A stretch of DNA of 64,000 nt, taken from assembly GCA_951406725.2 (NCBI GenBank), contig OX597838.1:22196001-22260000 (forward strand), read 5' to 3'. Every line of letters begins with the position of its first letter. Positions within the stretch are counted from its first letter, which is position 1. A program made the translations under genes and the position numbers. Below, one piece after another: positions 45,158 through 59,676 of this stretch. Origin of the DNA: Octopus vulgaris (Eukaryota). The notes under the pieces are model-generated. The model saw nothing but the letters and a program-made list of their open reading frames with translations. It made no database searches and had not been told where the DNA came from.

Positions 45158-45402
45158 TTCTTTATTGGCCACACAGGGCTGCACACAAATGGGACAAGTT
45201 ACAAGGTAGAGTTTTTCTTTTGGGGGATGAAAAAACAAAAAACAAAAGAAACAAAAAAAAAAGGGGTGGCGTAGGTTTTCGATCAAGAGGGATCGTAAAA
45301 GGGAAGAAAAGAAAAAATAAATAAATAAAATAAAAAATAAAAAAATAAAAAGAAAAAAAGAAAAGGAAAAGGAACAAAAGAAAAGAGAAATGAAAAAAGA
45401 AG
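45158..45402 (-). mobile_element. Second copy of the (ATCT)n-associated 3' end
   Basis: Homologous to 43617-43870. Confidence 0.7.
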
Positions 45403-45445
45403 AGCTAGCTAGCTAGATAGATAGATGGATTAATAGATAGCTATT

Positions 45446-45484
<39 letters not shown>

Positions 45485-45522
45485 GCATATATATATACAT
45501 ATATATATACATATATACATAC

Positions 45523-45810
<288 letters not shown>

Positions 45811-46593
45811 ATATATATATATATATATATATATATAAACACACATGTACACAGGGTAGCCCAAAAGCAACTGAGGGATTGCAACTTTTGATAATTCCTT
45901 TTCTGTTTCTTGTCAGGGATTTGCCCAAGGTGCCACGCTTGCTCAAGGTGCCACGCAGTGCAGCTGAACCCGGAACCATGTGGCTGGGATGCAAGATTCT
46001 CACCACACACCCACGCTTCCGGTAATTTTCGTTTCTCAAAATACGTTGGCGTGTCTGAAATATTACGTTCTATTAAAGAATATTTATTTAACTAATTCCA
46101 AAAGAGACTGCGTGGGATTGTCCTCAAGAGTAATTTTTTGGGTTTTTTTTCCAACATAATTGTAATATGCAAGTTAAGAAAACCAAGTCAAAGTGTGTGA
46201 AATACCCAACCTTCAATAAAATGTTGTTTTTTTTTTTTGTCTTTTTTTCTTATATTTTTGTCACATTAGATTCCGATATAATCTTAATCTAGATCAACTG
46301 AGAAGTGTTTGTATGAAATTTCGTTAACAGAAACCCATTTTTTGTAAAAAAAAAGAAAAAAAAAAGTTATGCCGCAAGAAAGACGAGACGTGTGAATTTT
46401 CTGATATGCTTTTTACCCAGCTCGCAAAGAAAAGTTTTCGCAACAAAATTCCGATATAATTTTAATCTACGTCATCTGAAACGCACTTGTAGAAAAATTT
46501 CATTGGAAAATATCTTTATTTCGGAAAGTTATGAGCAAAAAAATTCAAGCAGGTGATACACATCAAGGTAAGCAAGGTGTGTATGTATGTATC

Positions 46594-46670
<77 letters not shown>

Positions 46671-46777
46671 ATCTGCCACCCATAGTTGCTTTCGAAGCAA
46701 GAGAGGGAGGAAAGAAAAAGTTTACTAAGAAATAAAGGGGTAGTAATGTTCCCTGTTAAGTGGGTAGAACTGCTCAA

Positions 46778-46822
<45 letters not shown>

Positions 46823-46891
46823 TATTCTTATCTACTATAGGCACAAGGCCTGAAATCTGGGAGAAGGTTAGAGTCAATTTCTGTAGCACCA

Positions 46892-46969
<78 letters not shown>

Positions 46970-47002
46970 TGTGTGTGTGTGTGTATGTGTGTGTGTGTGT
47001 GG

Positions 47003-47033
<31 letters not shown>

Positions 47034-47232
47034 AGCAGGAATTTAACAAAAGCTGTTACTCGGAGTTTCACGTTCACGTTCGTCGTACAGTTTTGTTATA
47101 TATATATTCGAAACGTTGAACCCTCTTTCTTCCCTTCTTTCCTGAGCGTCCAATAATACTTTATTTGTTCCACGTCCTTGCCTTGTTGTGTTTTTTTTAT
47201 TTTCTTGTTTGGATTAACTTTATATATATATA

Positions 47233-47660
47233 CTAGCAGTATCGCCCGGCGTTGCTCGGGTTTGTAAGGGAAATAACTATATAAGCATTTTTAGAGAGTT
47301 ACTTCCCTTATAGATGCCAATTCGGGCTTTCTTAGCCATTTCTGTTTTGGTGTCTTCAAGCCATGAAGTCGTTGTTCTAAAAGAACGCTGGTCTCCTTGA
47401 CAACGCTTTACGACGTTGATTTCCTTACACTCTCTTCCCCACAGCTTCACGAGGGAGGGAAGAAGGGGGAGAAGAGAACAGGTGCAGGTGTGACCATGGA
47501 CGCCAACTCCGCCTCCATCGACACACGAAAAATTATGCATTAAAATGGAATAAAAAATTATGTTAAATTATTTTAAAAATCGTAGACTCATCGTAGACGC
47601 GCGCTAATACTCAGACGGGCTCGATATAAATCACGACTATAAGATACCCGAATTTGGTTA
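47233..47660 (-). mobile_element. Non-autonomous Helitron, 5' truncated
   Basis: Reverse complement of 47751-48179, with 3' hairpin and CTAG end. Confidence 0.8.
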
Positions 47661-47666
47661 TATATA

Positions 47667-48179
47667 TCTATATATATAAAACTGTAGTTTTGTGAGTGTC
47701 TGTCCCCTTCGATTTAGATACCTAACTACTCCCACATTTTGCGGTGCAGTTTAATCAAATTCGGGTTTCTTATAGTCGTGATTCATATCGAGCCCGTCTG
47801 AGTATTAGCGCGCGTCTACGATGAGTCTACGATTTTAAAAATAATTTAACATCATTTTTTATTCCATTTTAATGCATAATTTTTCGTGTGTCGATGGCGG
47901 CGGAGTTGGCGTCCATGGTCACACCTGCACCTGTTTGCTTCTCCCCCTTCTTCCCTCCCTCGTGAAGCTGTGGGGAAGGGAGTGTAAGGAAATCAACGTC
48001 GTAAAGCGTTGTCAAGGAGACCAGCGTTCTTTTAGAACAACGACTTCATGGCTTGAAGACACCAAAACAGAAATGGCTAAGAAAGCCCGAATTGGCATCT
48101 ATAAGGGAAGTAACTCTCTAAAAATGCTTATATAGTTATTTCCCTTACAAACCCGAGCAACGCCGGGCGATACTGCTAG
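47667..48179 (+). mobile_element. Non-autonomous Helitron
   Basis: A|TCTATATATATAAAA 5' end; cccgagcaacgccggg subterminal hairpin; CTAG|T 3' end; no TSD. Confidence 0.85.
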
Positions 48180-48204
48180 TATAGATATATAGATATATAT
48201 ATCA

Positions 48205-48572
<368 letters not shown>

Positions 48573-48854
48573 CCAGAATAACACTACACACTTATACGCA
48601 TTCACATGCGTGCGCACACACATAGATTCCCATACACACACATATACACATCACACATATACACATGCGCTCGCATGCATAAAAACATACATACACATAC
48701 ACATAGCCATATGCTCGCCATATTCGCCTATACACATTCACACAAACATGCGCACGCACAGACCTGGAAGTACACACGCGCGCACATAAATACACACACA
48801 TTCACACGTATACACACAGAGATACACACATACTGACTCTGAAGCACAATACAC

Positions 48855-49240
48855 ACTCTTTTACTTGTTTCAGTCATTTGACTGCGGCCATTCTGGAGCA
48901 CTGCCTTTAGTCGAGGAAATCGACCCCAGGACATATTCTTTGTAAGCCTAGTACTTATTCTATCAGTCGTTTTTACCGAACCGCTAAGTTACGGGGATGT
49001 AAATACACCACCATCGGTTGTCAGGCGATGTTGGGGGGGGGGACAAACACAGACACACAAACACATACATATACATATATACGACGGGCTTCTTTCAGTT
49101 TCCGTCTACCAAATCCACTCACAAGGCTTCGGTCGGCCTGAGGCTATAGCCGAAGGCACTTGCCCATGATGCCACGCAGTGGTACTGAACCCGGAACCAT
49201 GTGGTTTGCAAGCAAGTTTCTTACCACACAGCCACTCCTG
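48855..49240 (-). mobile_element. Full-length SINE family B
   Basis: Reverse complement of 17688-18090. Confidence 0.9.
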
Positions 49241-49264
49241 AGCTTTATTCACACACACACATGC

Positions 49265-49319
<55 letters not shown>

Positions 49320-49630
49320 CATACGTAAAAAGCCAGTATTACACACACATACACACACGCATGCACACACATACACGCGTACACACGTAGACATATAACT
49401 AATCCGGAAATACTCTGCACACATATAACCACACACACAAATGCGCACGTACACATATGCACAGGCACACACACACACACACACACACGTACATAGCCAG
49501 GATTACACACACATACACACACGCATGCACGCCCATAGAAGCGTACACACATATACATATAATTAATCCAGAAATACGCTACACACATATAACCACACAC
49601 ACATACACGCGCACGTACACAAATGCACAT

Positions 49631-49676
<46 letters not shown>

Positions 49677-49789
49677 ACACGCAAACACACACTTGCGCAT
49701 ACGCAAACACAAGTCCACAAACGCCCATAATCAACGCTTAGATACACTTCCCGCACGCACACACACGCACACAAACACACACATATTGC

Positions 49790-49825
<36 letters not shown>

Positions 49826-50094
49826 CACGCACACACACAGCACTTGATTAGGTCTTCTCTTAAGTGTGTAGAACTGAAGTGTTTAAACTGTAAACAATAC
49901 CTGGTTGTCATGGCAACTGTGTGTTTCACGCCTCACCGTTGTCTGCTTCCTTCTCGGAATTCAGGTTGGTTGACTTACTGCAAGTCACAATACTCGTAGT
50001 CGGCAGTCTCATTAGCAACCAATCTGTGTATTTGTAGGGATGGGTATGGATGGATAGGTGTAAGTAGATACGTACGTGCTTTTTTATGTATATG

Positions 50095-50178
<84 letters not shown>

Positions 50179-50181
50179 AAG

Positions 50182-50234
50182 GAGCTTCTACAGGACTAGA
50201 ACTGTTTCATTCAAAAGAAATCATCAGGAAGCTC
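50182..50234 (-). ncRNA. Complete monomeric type I hammerhead ribozyme motif inside fold-back element 50173-50348
   Basis: gagcttc-CTGATGA-tttc-tttt-gaat-GAAA-cag-ttctagtc-ctg-T-A-gaagctc: 7-bp stem I, 4-bp stem III, GUA triplet; stem II is weak. Confidence 0.75.
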
Positions 50235-50344
50235 ATGAAACAGTTCTAGTCCTGTAGAAGCTCCTTCTATAAAATAAATTAATTTACTCTGCTATGTATT
50301 GCGTACCTTATTTACTGTGGTTAACCCCGACTCAACCCGGGACC

Positions 50345-50394
<50 letters not shown>

Positions 50395-50927
50395 TGTGTG
50401 TATGTATGTATTTATATATATACTTATATGCATGTATATGTACATATATGTATATATATGTATGTATGTATATGTGTGTATGCATATGCATGTATGTATA
50501 TATATGTGTGTGTATATATGTATATATATATGTATGCATGCATGCATGCATGTATGTATGTATGTATGTATGTATGTATGTATGTATGTATGTATGTATG
50601 TATGTATGTATGAATGGATGGATGAATGGATGAATGAATGAATGGATTGATGGATGGATGGATGGATGGATGGATGGATGGATAATCCACAGATGAAATC
50701 CAGAGATCTTCCGTATAGACGACTTTTAGTGGTGTTCAAAAGATTCAAATGGACTCCAGTGTGTTTACAGGGGATTGATTTCATTAGGTAAAAAAAAGGC
50801 TATAAGTGGCATCAAGTTGAGCGGATGTAGAGGCAATTATACAGATAAACAGACTTAGACACTTTGAATGTATTACATATATCAAGTAGAATAGATTGGT
50901 TAAGAAATACAAAATATATATATACAG

Positions 50928-51325
50928 CAGGAGTGGCTGTGTGATAAGTAGCTTGCTAACCAACCACATGGTTCCGGGTTCAGTCCCACTGCGTGGCATC
51001 TTGGGCAAGTGTCTTCTGCTATAGCCCCGGGCCGACCAATGCCCTGTGAGTGGATTTGGTAGACGGAAACTGAAAGAAGCCTGTCGTATATATGTATATA
51101 TATATGTGTGTGTGTGTGTGTTTGTGTATGTCTGTGTTTGTCCCCCTAGCATTGCTTGACAACCGATGCTGGTGTGTTTACGTCCCCGTCACTTAGCGGT
51201 TCGGCAAAAGAGACCGATAGAATAAGTACTGGGCTTACAAAGAATGAGTCCCGGGGTCGATTTGCTCGACTAAAGGCGATGCTCCAGCATGGCCGCAGTC
51301 AAATGACTGAAACAAGTAAAAGAAA
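50928..51325 (+). mobile_element. Full-length SINE family B
   Basis: Homologous to 17688-18090. Confidence 0.9.
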
Positions 51326-51653
51326 AAAAAAAGAAAAGAAAATATGTCCATATGTAGAAAAATGGGGACTTTCAAATGATGATTTTTTTCAGTACAAATA
51401 TATAGATATTTATGACCAAATTCTCTTCATCAAGGCCTGAGGTGTAAGATCTTCTCTACCCTGATGACTGACGCTCGGATTATCCAATTAAATTCAACCG
51501 TACAACTGCACATTGTCATGAACTACATCTACCAACGTTATTATGGATCTTCAGACCTCCAGAAACAGCTGTCGGACTTATAACAGCTTTCTTCTACGCC
51601 TTTAATTTTTTTATCTGTCGTTTGTACGTTGGGCGTATTAATATAACTATCTA

Positions 51654-52033
51654 CACTACCGTCAGAAATTAATTAGCACCCTTGATTTGCTCTTCACTCA
51701 AGGTATGTGCTGTCACCTAGTGGCCATATCTCGAACTATTGCTTTGTTGCGAGTTCACTGTTGCGCAGAACGATGACGTAACTTTGTTTGCAAAGCAGTT
51801 TGAGAGTCTACACCCTTATGATGTTGACATAGCAGTGCAATAACAACTTGGAGTGCGGATGCAGACAAATCTTCCTTTGTTTAATAGATATAGGTAGCGC
51901 CTCGCAAGGACCGAAATCACACCATACTAAGTTTTCTCATCGCGTAAGACGTTTTGAACAGCTCATAGGTTAATTGATTTAACCTATTTAATGTAGAAAT
52001 TTGAGAAGTGCTAATTAATTTCTGACGCATGTG
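51654..52033. mobile_element. Tc1-type MITE
   Basis: TA-flanked TIRs cactaccgtcagaaattaattagcac / gtgctaattaatttctgacgcatgtg. Confidence 0.78.
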
Positions 52034-52164
52034 TATATGCTTATACTTAAAAATCCATCTGAAGCTCTCCACCTTCTGTTTCCTCTCGTTCTGCATGTAT
52101 ACATACAAACATCTTTTGTATTTCTTAATCAGATTATATTATATTTAGTATATCTAGTCCATCG

Positions 52165-52320
52165 CAGCGATACTCATTTTTGCCAGCTGAGTGGACTGGA
52201 GCAACATGAAATGAAGTGTTTTGCTCAAGATGACAACGCGTCGCCCGTCCAGGAATCGAAACCACAATTTTACGATCATGATGCTGACACCCGAAACCAC
52301 TAAACCACGTGCCTCCACGT
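52165..52320 (-). mobile_element. SINE family C 5' part
   Basis: cagctgagtggactggagcaacatgaaatgaagtg...ggaatcgaaaccac...aaccactaaaccacgtgcctc. Confidence 0.7.
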
Positions 52321-52806
52321 CTGAAATAACTAAGGACCATTGAGTTCAGGCATGTCAAAGACCTCGCACAGAAGCAGTGATCGAAGCTGAAGAACGATTC
52401 ATAGAATAATTTTCTAAGAAAGCTTTTCGACGTCATGTGCCGAATTTCATTTTTTTTTTTATATATTATTATTAAATTATATTTGGTTAGGATGGAGTTG
52501 TTTTATTAAATTAACTAATATGTCTCATATAGCTCTCGCAACATCTGTGTATAAACACAAGCATGAAAGAGTGTTTACACACATTGAAATATGCAAGTAG
52601 GCACGAATACAAATATATGTCTCTGTGTGTGCAAATACACATTTGTATCCCTGTACACATATAAATATCTAGCTATCTGTCTATCTATTTATCTATCTAT
52701 CTATATTATCTATATTTATCTATCTACCTATCTATTTATTTGTCTCTCTATATTATCTATCTATCCATCATTCTATCTATCTATCCGTCTGTCTATCTAT
52801 CTATCT

Positions 52807-53230
<424 letters not shown>

Positions 53231-53328
53231 TGAATAATATATAGCTTATTGACAAATTGGCCACTAGTAGTAAAAATTTCTGCTATTTTTTATTATCCTG
53301 ACATTATTAATTATATATATATATATAT

Positions 53329-54110
53329 TTACATTATATAATTAGGGCTTAGTAAAATAAATTACTTTGCCACATACTGAACTAAGTAGAAATAGCAGCC
53401 AAAAAAAAATTTTTTTAGTCATTTCCACTACTTAAAGAAAATTTCTCTCAGATAATGTTTACTCTAGACAGCTCACGAAGGTTTGGAGGTAAATACAGAA
53501 AAATATCACAAGTACATAGATCGTTTGAGTACGTCAACGTTTCAAGATTAGCCAAATAAAATCAGCATTTCTTTCGTCAGCTCAAAATTTCTTAATTTTG
53601 ATTTGGAAACACTAAAAGAAGGAACTTTACCTCTCGGCGAACTTGTCGCTTCAAATGAACCAGCTCCAACTGAAGTGCCAACAAATTCAAAATGCGCAGG
53701 CGTAAATCTTTGCACTCCTTTTCCACCCACGTGGTCTATCTAGCAAACACTATGTTTTAACCGCGAGAACCAAGGCAGTATGACAGAGAGAAATGAATTA
53801 TAATATCAACAATTGAGGGTAAAATTAATTAATCAATTTCACCAAGTGTTCAGTATGTAAAAGGACCATTTAAGGTGAATTCAAAATATTACATTATATA
53901 ATTAGGGCTTAGTAAAATAAATTACTTTGCCACATACTGAACTAAGTAGAAATAGCAGCCCAAAAAAATTTTTTTAGTCATTTCCACTACTTTTATTTTA
54001 CTAAGCCCTAATTATATAATGTAATATTTTGAATTCGCCTTAAATGGTCCTTTTACATACTGAACACTTGGTGAAATTGATTAATTAATTTTACCCTCAA
54101 TAGTTGATAT
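53329..54110. mobile_element. Element with combined direct and inverted terminal repeats
   Basis: 53329-53433 matches 53889-53992 (direct); 53803-53921 is the reverse complement of 53992-54110. Confidence 0.85.
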
Positions 54111-54119
54111 ATATATATT

Positions 54120-54188
<69 letters not shown>

Positions 54189-54858
54189 ATGTATGTATGT
54201 ATGTATGCATGCATATGTATACATACATGCATACATATATATATATAAAGATATATGTATGCGTACATACACACACACACATACAAAACTTATAGGCACC
54301 GAGTGAATCGGTTTTGCACAGAGAACAAAAGAATTCTCGAACGCATACATGCATACATGTATACATACATACACAATTCCATATATATATATATAGACAA
54401 TTTATATACATGTGTACATACATATATATGGCGCCACGCGCATGTACATACATAATGGTGAGGGGTAAAGTCCAGGAGCCACTGTACTAAGTAATAAAAT
54501 TTAGTCAGTTGGCTAACAAATGTTAACATAACGTTTAGGATAAAAGTAAAAAATAATAATAAACCTTCTAAGGCAGAACTAATGAAAAACTGCAGATACT
54601 ACACTACACTGGTTATACAACTTTTTATTGATTCTTGTGATAACTGCATTTGAATATGTAATTAAAAACCTCGGCAGCAGTGTTAAGAAGCCCGTCTTTA
54701 TATAGTCAGAAGGTACGTGGAGTATTTTAACACAAAAGAGTCCCTCTAAACACAAGGCTATGATGCTCCTCTTCCCCCACAACCTTGCCTGCGCCTAAAT
54801 TTCTGAGACATTTCACATATCTTCACAGTTCCCTTGATAGATTGCCATTGCAGTATCA

Positions 54859-54919
<61 letters not shown>

Positions 54920-54952
54920 ACATAAATATATATACATATATATGCATATATG

Positions 54953-55430
54953 GGTGCAGGACGTCACACACGAATGAGTTCAATTATGCAAACAACTAGA
55001 GCAACAAACTGAAAACTGGACAAGTAACATAAAGAACGACCCTTCATCAGTTGTCGGCTGTGTATCTATTCCTCATTTCGGGCATTGAACGACAATATGA
55101 ATCTTCGAAGGCAGTTACTCCCACAAAAGCCAAAATAATATTTGGGATTTATGGAGGGTCAAAGTTGGTAACAAAAACAGGACAGTGGAGACATACAATG
55201 ATCCATCCGAACGAAAACAAAGATTGAGGGTCGCAAGAGCAGAACGAGGGTAATATATCGAACGCTAGAGAAATATTTTCTTTGACAAGAGAAAAGATAG
55301 AAGAGAGAGAGAGAGAAAGAGAGAGAGATAGGATACATACAGTCTTTACGACAGTCCTGGGAAGAAAAGAAAGATGATCACTTGAGGAAAAGAAAGATGG
55401 ACGATGGTTACGCGTGAGCAGCGAGAGAGT
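54953..55430 (-). mobile_element. Non-coding element homologous to 11500-12145
   Basis: tgggtgcaggac...cccttcatcagttgtcggctg...catttcggg; AG-rich block. Confidence 0.6.
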
Positions 55431-55838
55431 GTAAAGGAGAAAGAGGGGAGAGAAGGGCAGATAGAAAATGGTGTGTGCATGTGTGTATGTGAGTTTGTGT
55501 GGGAGGGTGTATGTGTGTGTATCAATGAAAAGTCGTATAACCAGTGTAGCGTTGTATCTGCAGTTTTTATTATTTCTGCCATAGATGCTTTATTTTCTTT
55601 AAGTTTAACTTAAAAGTTATGTTAGCATTCGCTGGCCAACTGACTAAATTTTATTACCCAGTCCCTGGTCTTTACCCCTCACCATTATGTATGTACACAT
55701 GTATGTAAAGTGTGTGTGTGTGTATATATATATGGAAGTGTGTATGCATGGATGTATGTATGTATGTATGCGTTCGAGAATTCTTTTATTCTCTGTTGAA
55801 TACAGATTCACTCGATGCCTAGAAGTTTTGTATATATG

Positions 55839-55890
<52 letters not shown>

Positions 55891-55892
55891 TG

Positions 55893-56123
<231 letters not shown>

Positions 56124-56124
56124 T

Positions 56125-58315
56125 GACAAAGCCTACCCACCAGAAATCACCAAAAACACATGAAAAGAAATACAAGTAACTGCAGAATATGTGGAGATGG
56201 ACAAGAAACAATAAATCATATTATCTCTGGCTGCCCAGTCCTGGCTAAGAAGGAATATATTCACAGACACGACAGAGTTGGGACCTACATACACTAGAAG
56301 CTATGCCAACACTATGGAATAACAGCACAAAAAGATGATATAAGCACACGCCAGAAAACGTCACAGAAAATGAGAAAGCAACCATACTCTGGGATGTTCT
56401 AATGCACACAAATAGAGAAATTAAGGCCAATAGGCCGGATATAGTTCTCAGAGAGCATCAAGGAAAAATGCTTTCTAATCGATGTACCAATACCAACAGA
56501 TGACAACGTTTCTCTAAAAGAAATGGAGAAACTTTCAAAATACAAAGACCTGGAAATAGAGGTAACTCGAATGTGGAGTCTAAAAACAGAACCAATTCCT
56601 ATCATAAGAGGTGCATTAGATATTTTTGGCAAGAAATATTGGTCGGCGAAAGAACAACCTCAGAAAAGATTTATCAAAACAACGAACTCAGCACCCGAAG
56701 AACTTTGGACCCCTATAACAACTGAAGAGGTCACCCAGGCACTGCAAAGACTGGAAGGTACCCGGGCACGATAAGATCCCCAAATTCTGGTTAAAATACC
56801 TGACAGGAATACATAAAATGTCATACCAGCAGAGCCAGAGAGTATGCCTGAATGGGTCATGAAAGGGAAAACTATTATAATCCCCAAATCCACTGAAACG
56901 ACAAACCCACAAAATTACAGACCAATAAATTGTCTCCCTACAAGGTCTCATACGGCTGTAGCGATCAGCTAATGATTAATAAAGCCATAACTGCAGATAG
57001 CAGCAGAAAGAAGAAGGATCTAAGTATGGCTTGGATCGATTACCGAAAGGCTTTTGATAGTATTCCCCATACGTAGGTCCTAGAAACACTAGCCATGGAC
57101 AAAGTAGCATCAATAATCATAAAATATATAAAACTTTCCGTGAATAAATGGCAGACAGTGCTACAGCTCCAGACAAAAGAGAAACTCAGAAAAACCAAAG
57201 CCATCCCCATTAGAAGAGGAATATTCCAGGAAGACACGCTCTCTCCACCCCCCTTTTCTGTTTGGCACTGACACCTTTATGCGACATGCTAAACAGAACT
57301 ACATGTGTATACAGCTGTTACAATCAGCCACCTCTTATATATGGATGACCTAAAACTGTACGCTACAAATGATAAACAGCTGGAGACATCACTACAGACA
57401 ATACGTGGATTTACCTAAGAAATAAACACAAAATTTAGCTTACAAACATGTACCAAGGCAACAAACATGAAAAGAGGAAAACTAGTTAAGAGTATCAATA
57501 TCGCACTAGATAAAGCAAATGAAATAAGAGAATTAGACCAAAGCCAGACATACAAATACTTAGGAATCAATGAACTAGATACGATGCAGCAGACACAAAT
57601 GAAAGAAAAAATTAAAAAATTAAAAGAAATATAACAAATAACTGCAGAATATGTGGAGATGGACAAGAAACAATAAATCATATAGTCTCTGGCTGGCCAG
57701 TCCTGGCCAAGAAGGAATATATTCACAGACACGACAGAGTTGGGACATATATACACTGGAAGCTACGCTAACATTGATAACAACACAAAAATGATGATAT
57801 AGGCACACGCCAGAAAGCGTCAAAGAAAATGAGAAAAAAACCATACAATTGGATATGCCAATACATAAAGGTAGAGAAATAAAGGCCAATAGGTCGGATA
57901 TAGTTCTCAGAGATCATCAAGATAAAATGACGTTTTCTAATTGATATATCAATACCAACAAATGACAACGTTTCTCTAAAAGAAATGGAGAAACTTTCAA
58001 AATACAAAGATCTGAAAATAGAGTTAATTCGAATCTGAAGTCTAAAACAGAAACAATTCCTATCATAAGAGGCGCATTAGGTATGATAAAAAAATACATT
58101 AAAAGATACATAACAAAAACACCGGGACTTACAAATATATATAACATACAGAAAATAGCACTTCTAGGCACCGCACACATCCTACGTAAAACACTTTCAA
58201 TACAGTAAAAATAAGAGCACCACAACAAACCACAGAACATACCCGAGGCACACAGAGCTACGATCGGTAGTGAAGTGAAAGCACGTGATAAAAATAAGAC
58301 TACTGAATAATAATA
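56125..58315 (+). mobile_element. Rearranged Dong/R4-clade retrotransposon with 3' end
   Basis: PQNYRPINCL, AWIDYRKAFDSIPH, RGIFQEDTLSP, HLLYMDDLKLYA, YKYLGI, CRICGDGQETINHIVSG..YIHRHDRV, RPDIV..LIDVPIP..EKLSKYKDL; ends ctactgaataataat. Confidence 0.9.
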
Positions 58316-58531
58316 CTAAGAAGAAGAAATGGTTTTTGACTTGAGCACAATGCCAGCAATTTTGAGGGGAAGCAACACTTAAAAACCATTATAAACAATA
58401 GTTATGAAAGAAAAACAATATAAAAAGACAGTTATAAAACAAGTATGGAAATAGGCAAGTAGATGGTTTGATAAGAGATGCATAAAACATATTGACATAT
58501 ACATACATATATACATACATACATACATACA

Positions 58532-58565
<34 letters not shown>

Positions 58566-58612
58566 CATACATATATACATACAGTCAGATAGACAGACAC
58601 ATATATAAATAA

Positions 58613-58663
<51 letters not shown>

Positions 58664-58699
58664 GTATATGTATATATGTATGTATGTATGTATGTATAT

Positions 58700-58751
<52 letters not shown>

Positions 58752-58944
58752 CTGTGTGTGTATGTGTGAGTGTGTTTGTGTGATCAGACGAGGAAAGTGT
58801 TTAACGGGAAAGTTAAGAAAGACGAAGAGAATGAGAGAGTATAGGTAAAAAAGATGGAGAGGAGAGATTTGTCGTGATGAAGACAATGGAAAGAAATGAG
58901 AGTGGTTGAGGTGTTAATAGCGTGGGTGTTGGTCGTGGTGGTAC

Positions 58945-58994
58945 TTGCAATACTACTACTAATACTACTACTACTTGTAGCAGTAGTAGTAGTT

Positions 58995-59040
<46 letters not shown>

Positions 59041-59642
59041 CAGCAGCAGTAGTAGTAGTGGTGGTGGTAGTGATTGTGGTGTGGTGGTAGTAATAGTAGT
59101 AGTGGTGGTGGTGGTGGAGTTGGTGGTGGTGGTGGAGTTGGTGGTGGTGGTGGAGTTGGTGGTGGTGGTGGAGGAGTTGGTGGTGGTGGTGGAGTTGGTG
59201 GTGGTGGTGGAGTTGGTGGTGGTGGTGGTAGTAGTAGTAGTAGTAGTGGTGGTGGTGTGGTGGTAGTAGTAGTAGTATTGGTGGTGGTGGTGATGGTGGT
59301 GTGGTGGTGGTAGTAGTAGTAGTAGTAGCGGTGGTGGTGGTGGTGGTTGTGGTGGTCTGGTGGTGGTGGTGGTGATGGTGGTGGTAGTAGTAGTAGTAAT
59401 CGATAGTCGTCGAGGAAGATCTAAGTTGATGACATTTACATGGCGTTATCGATTTCTCTGTTGTTATTCTGCTTTCTGCCATTCTTTCGATTTCTTTTCG
59501 CAACGTCGTGTGTTAGCAGACATTTCTTAAACTACAACCGATACAACCACGACCACCCACCGCTAAACACCAACGCCAACGCCAACGCTGTTAACAATAC
59601 ACGGACCGCATCCGCGATCCACGCCCACCACCAACTAACTGA

Positions 59643-59676
<34 letters not shown>

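Noticed and set aside
47034-47098. Possible further hammerhead (minus: acgacgaacgtgaacgtgaaactc); similar partial motif at 35115-35135
   Set aside because: Core and stem I too degenerate to support
47277-48135. Duplicated 87-aa ORF on opposite strands
   Set aside because: Result of the inverted Helitron pair; absent from the third copy; no recognisable domain
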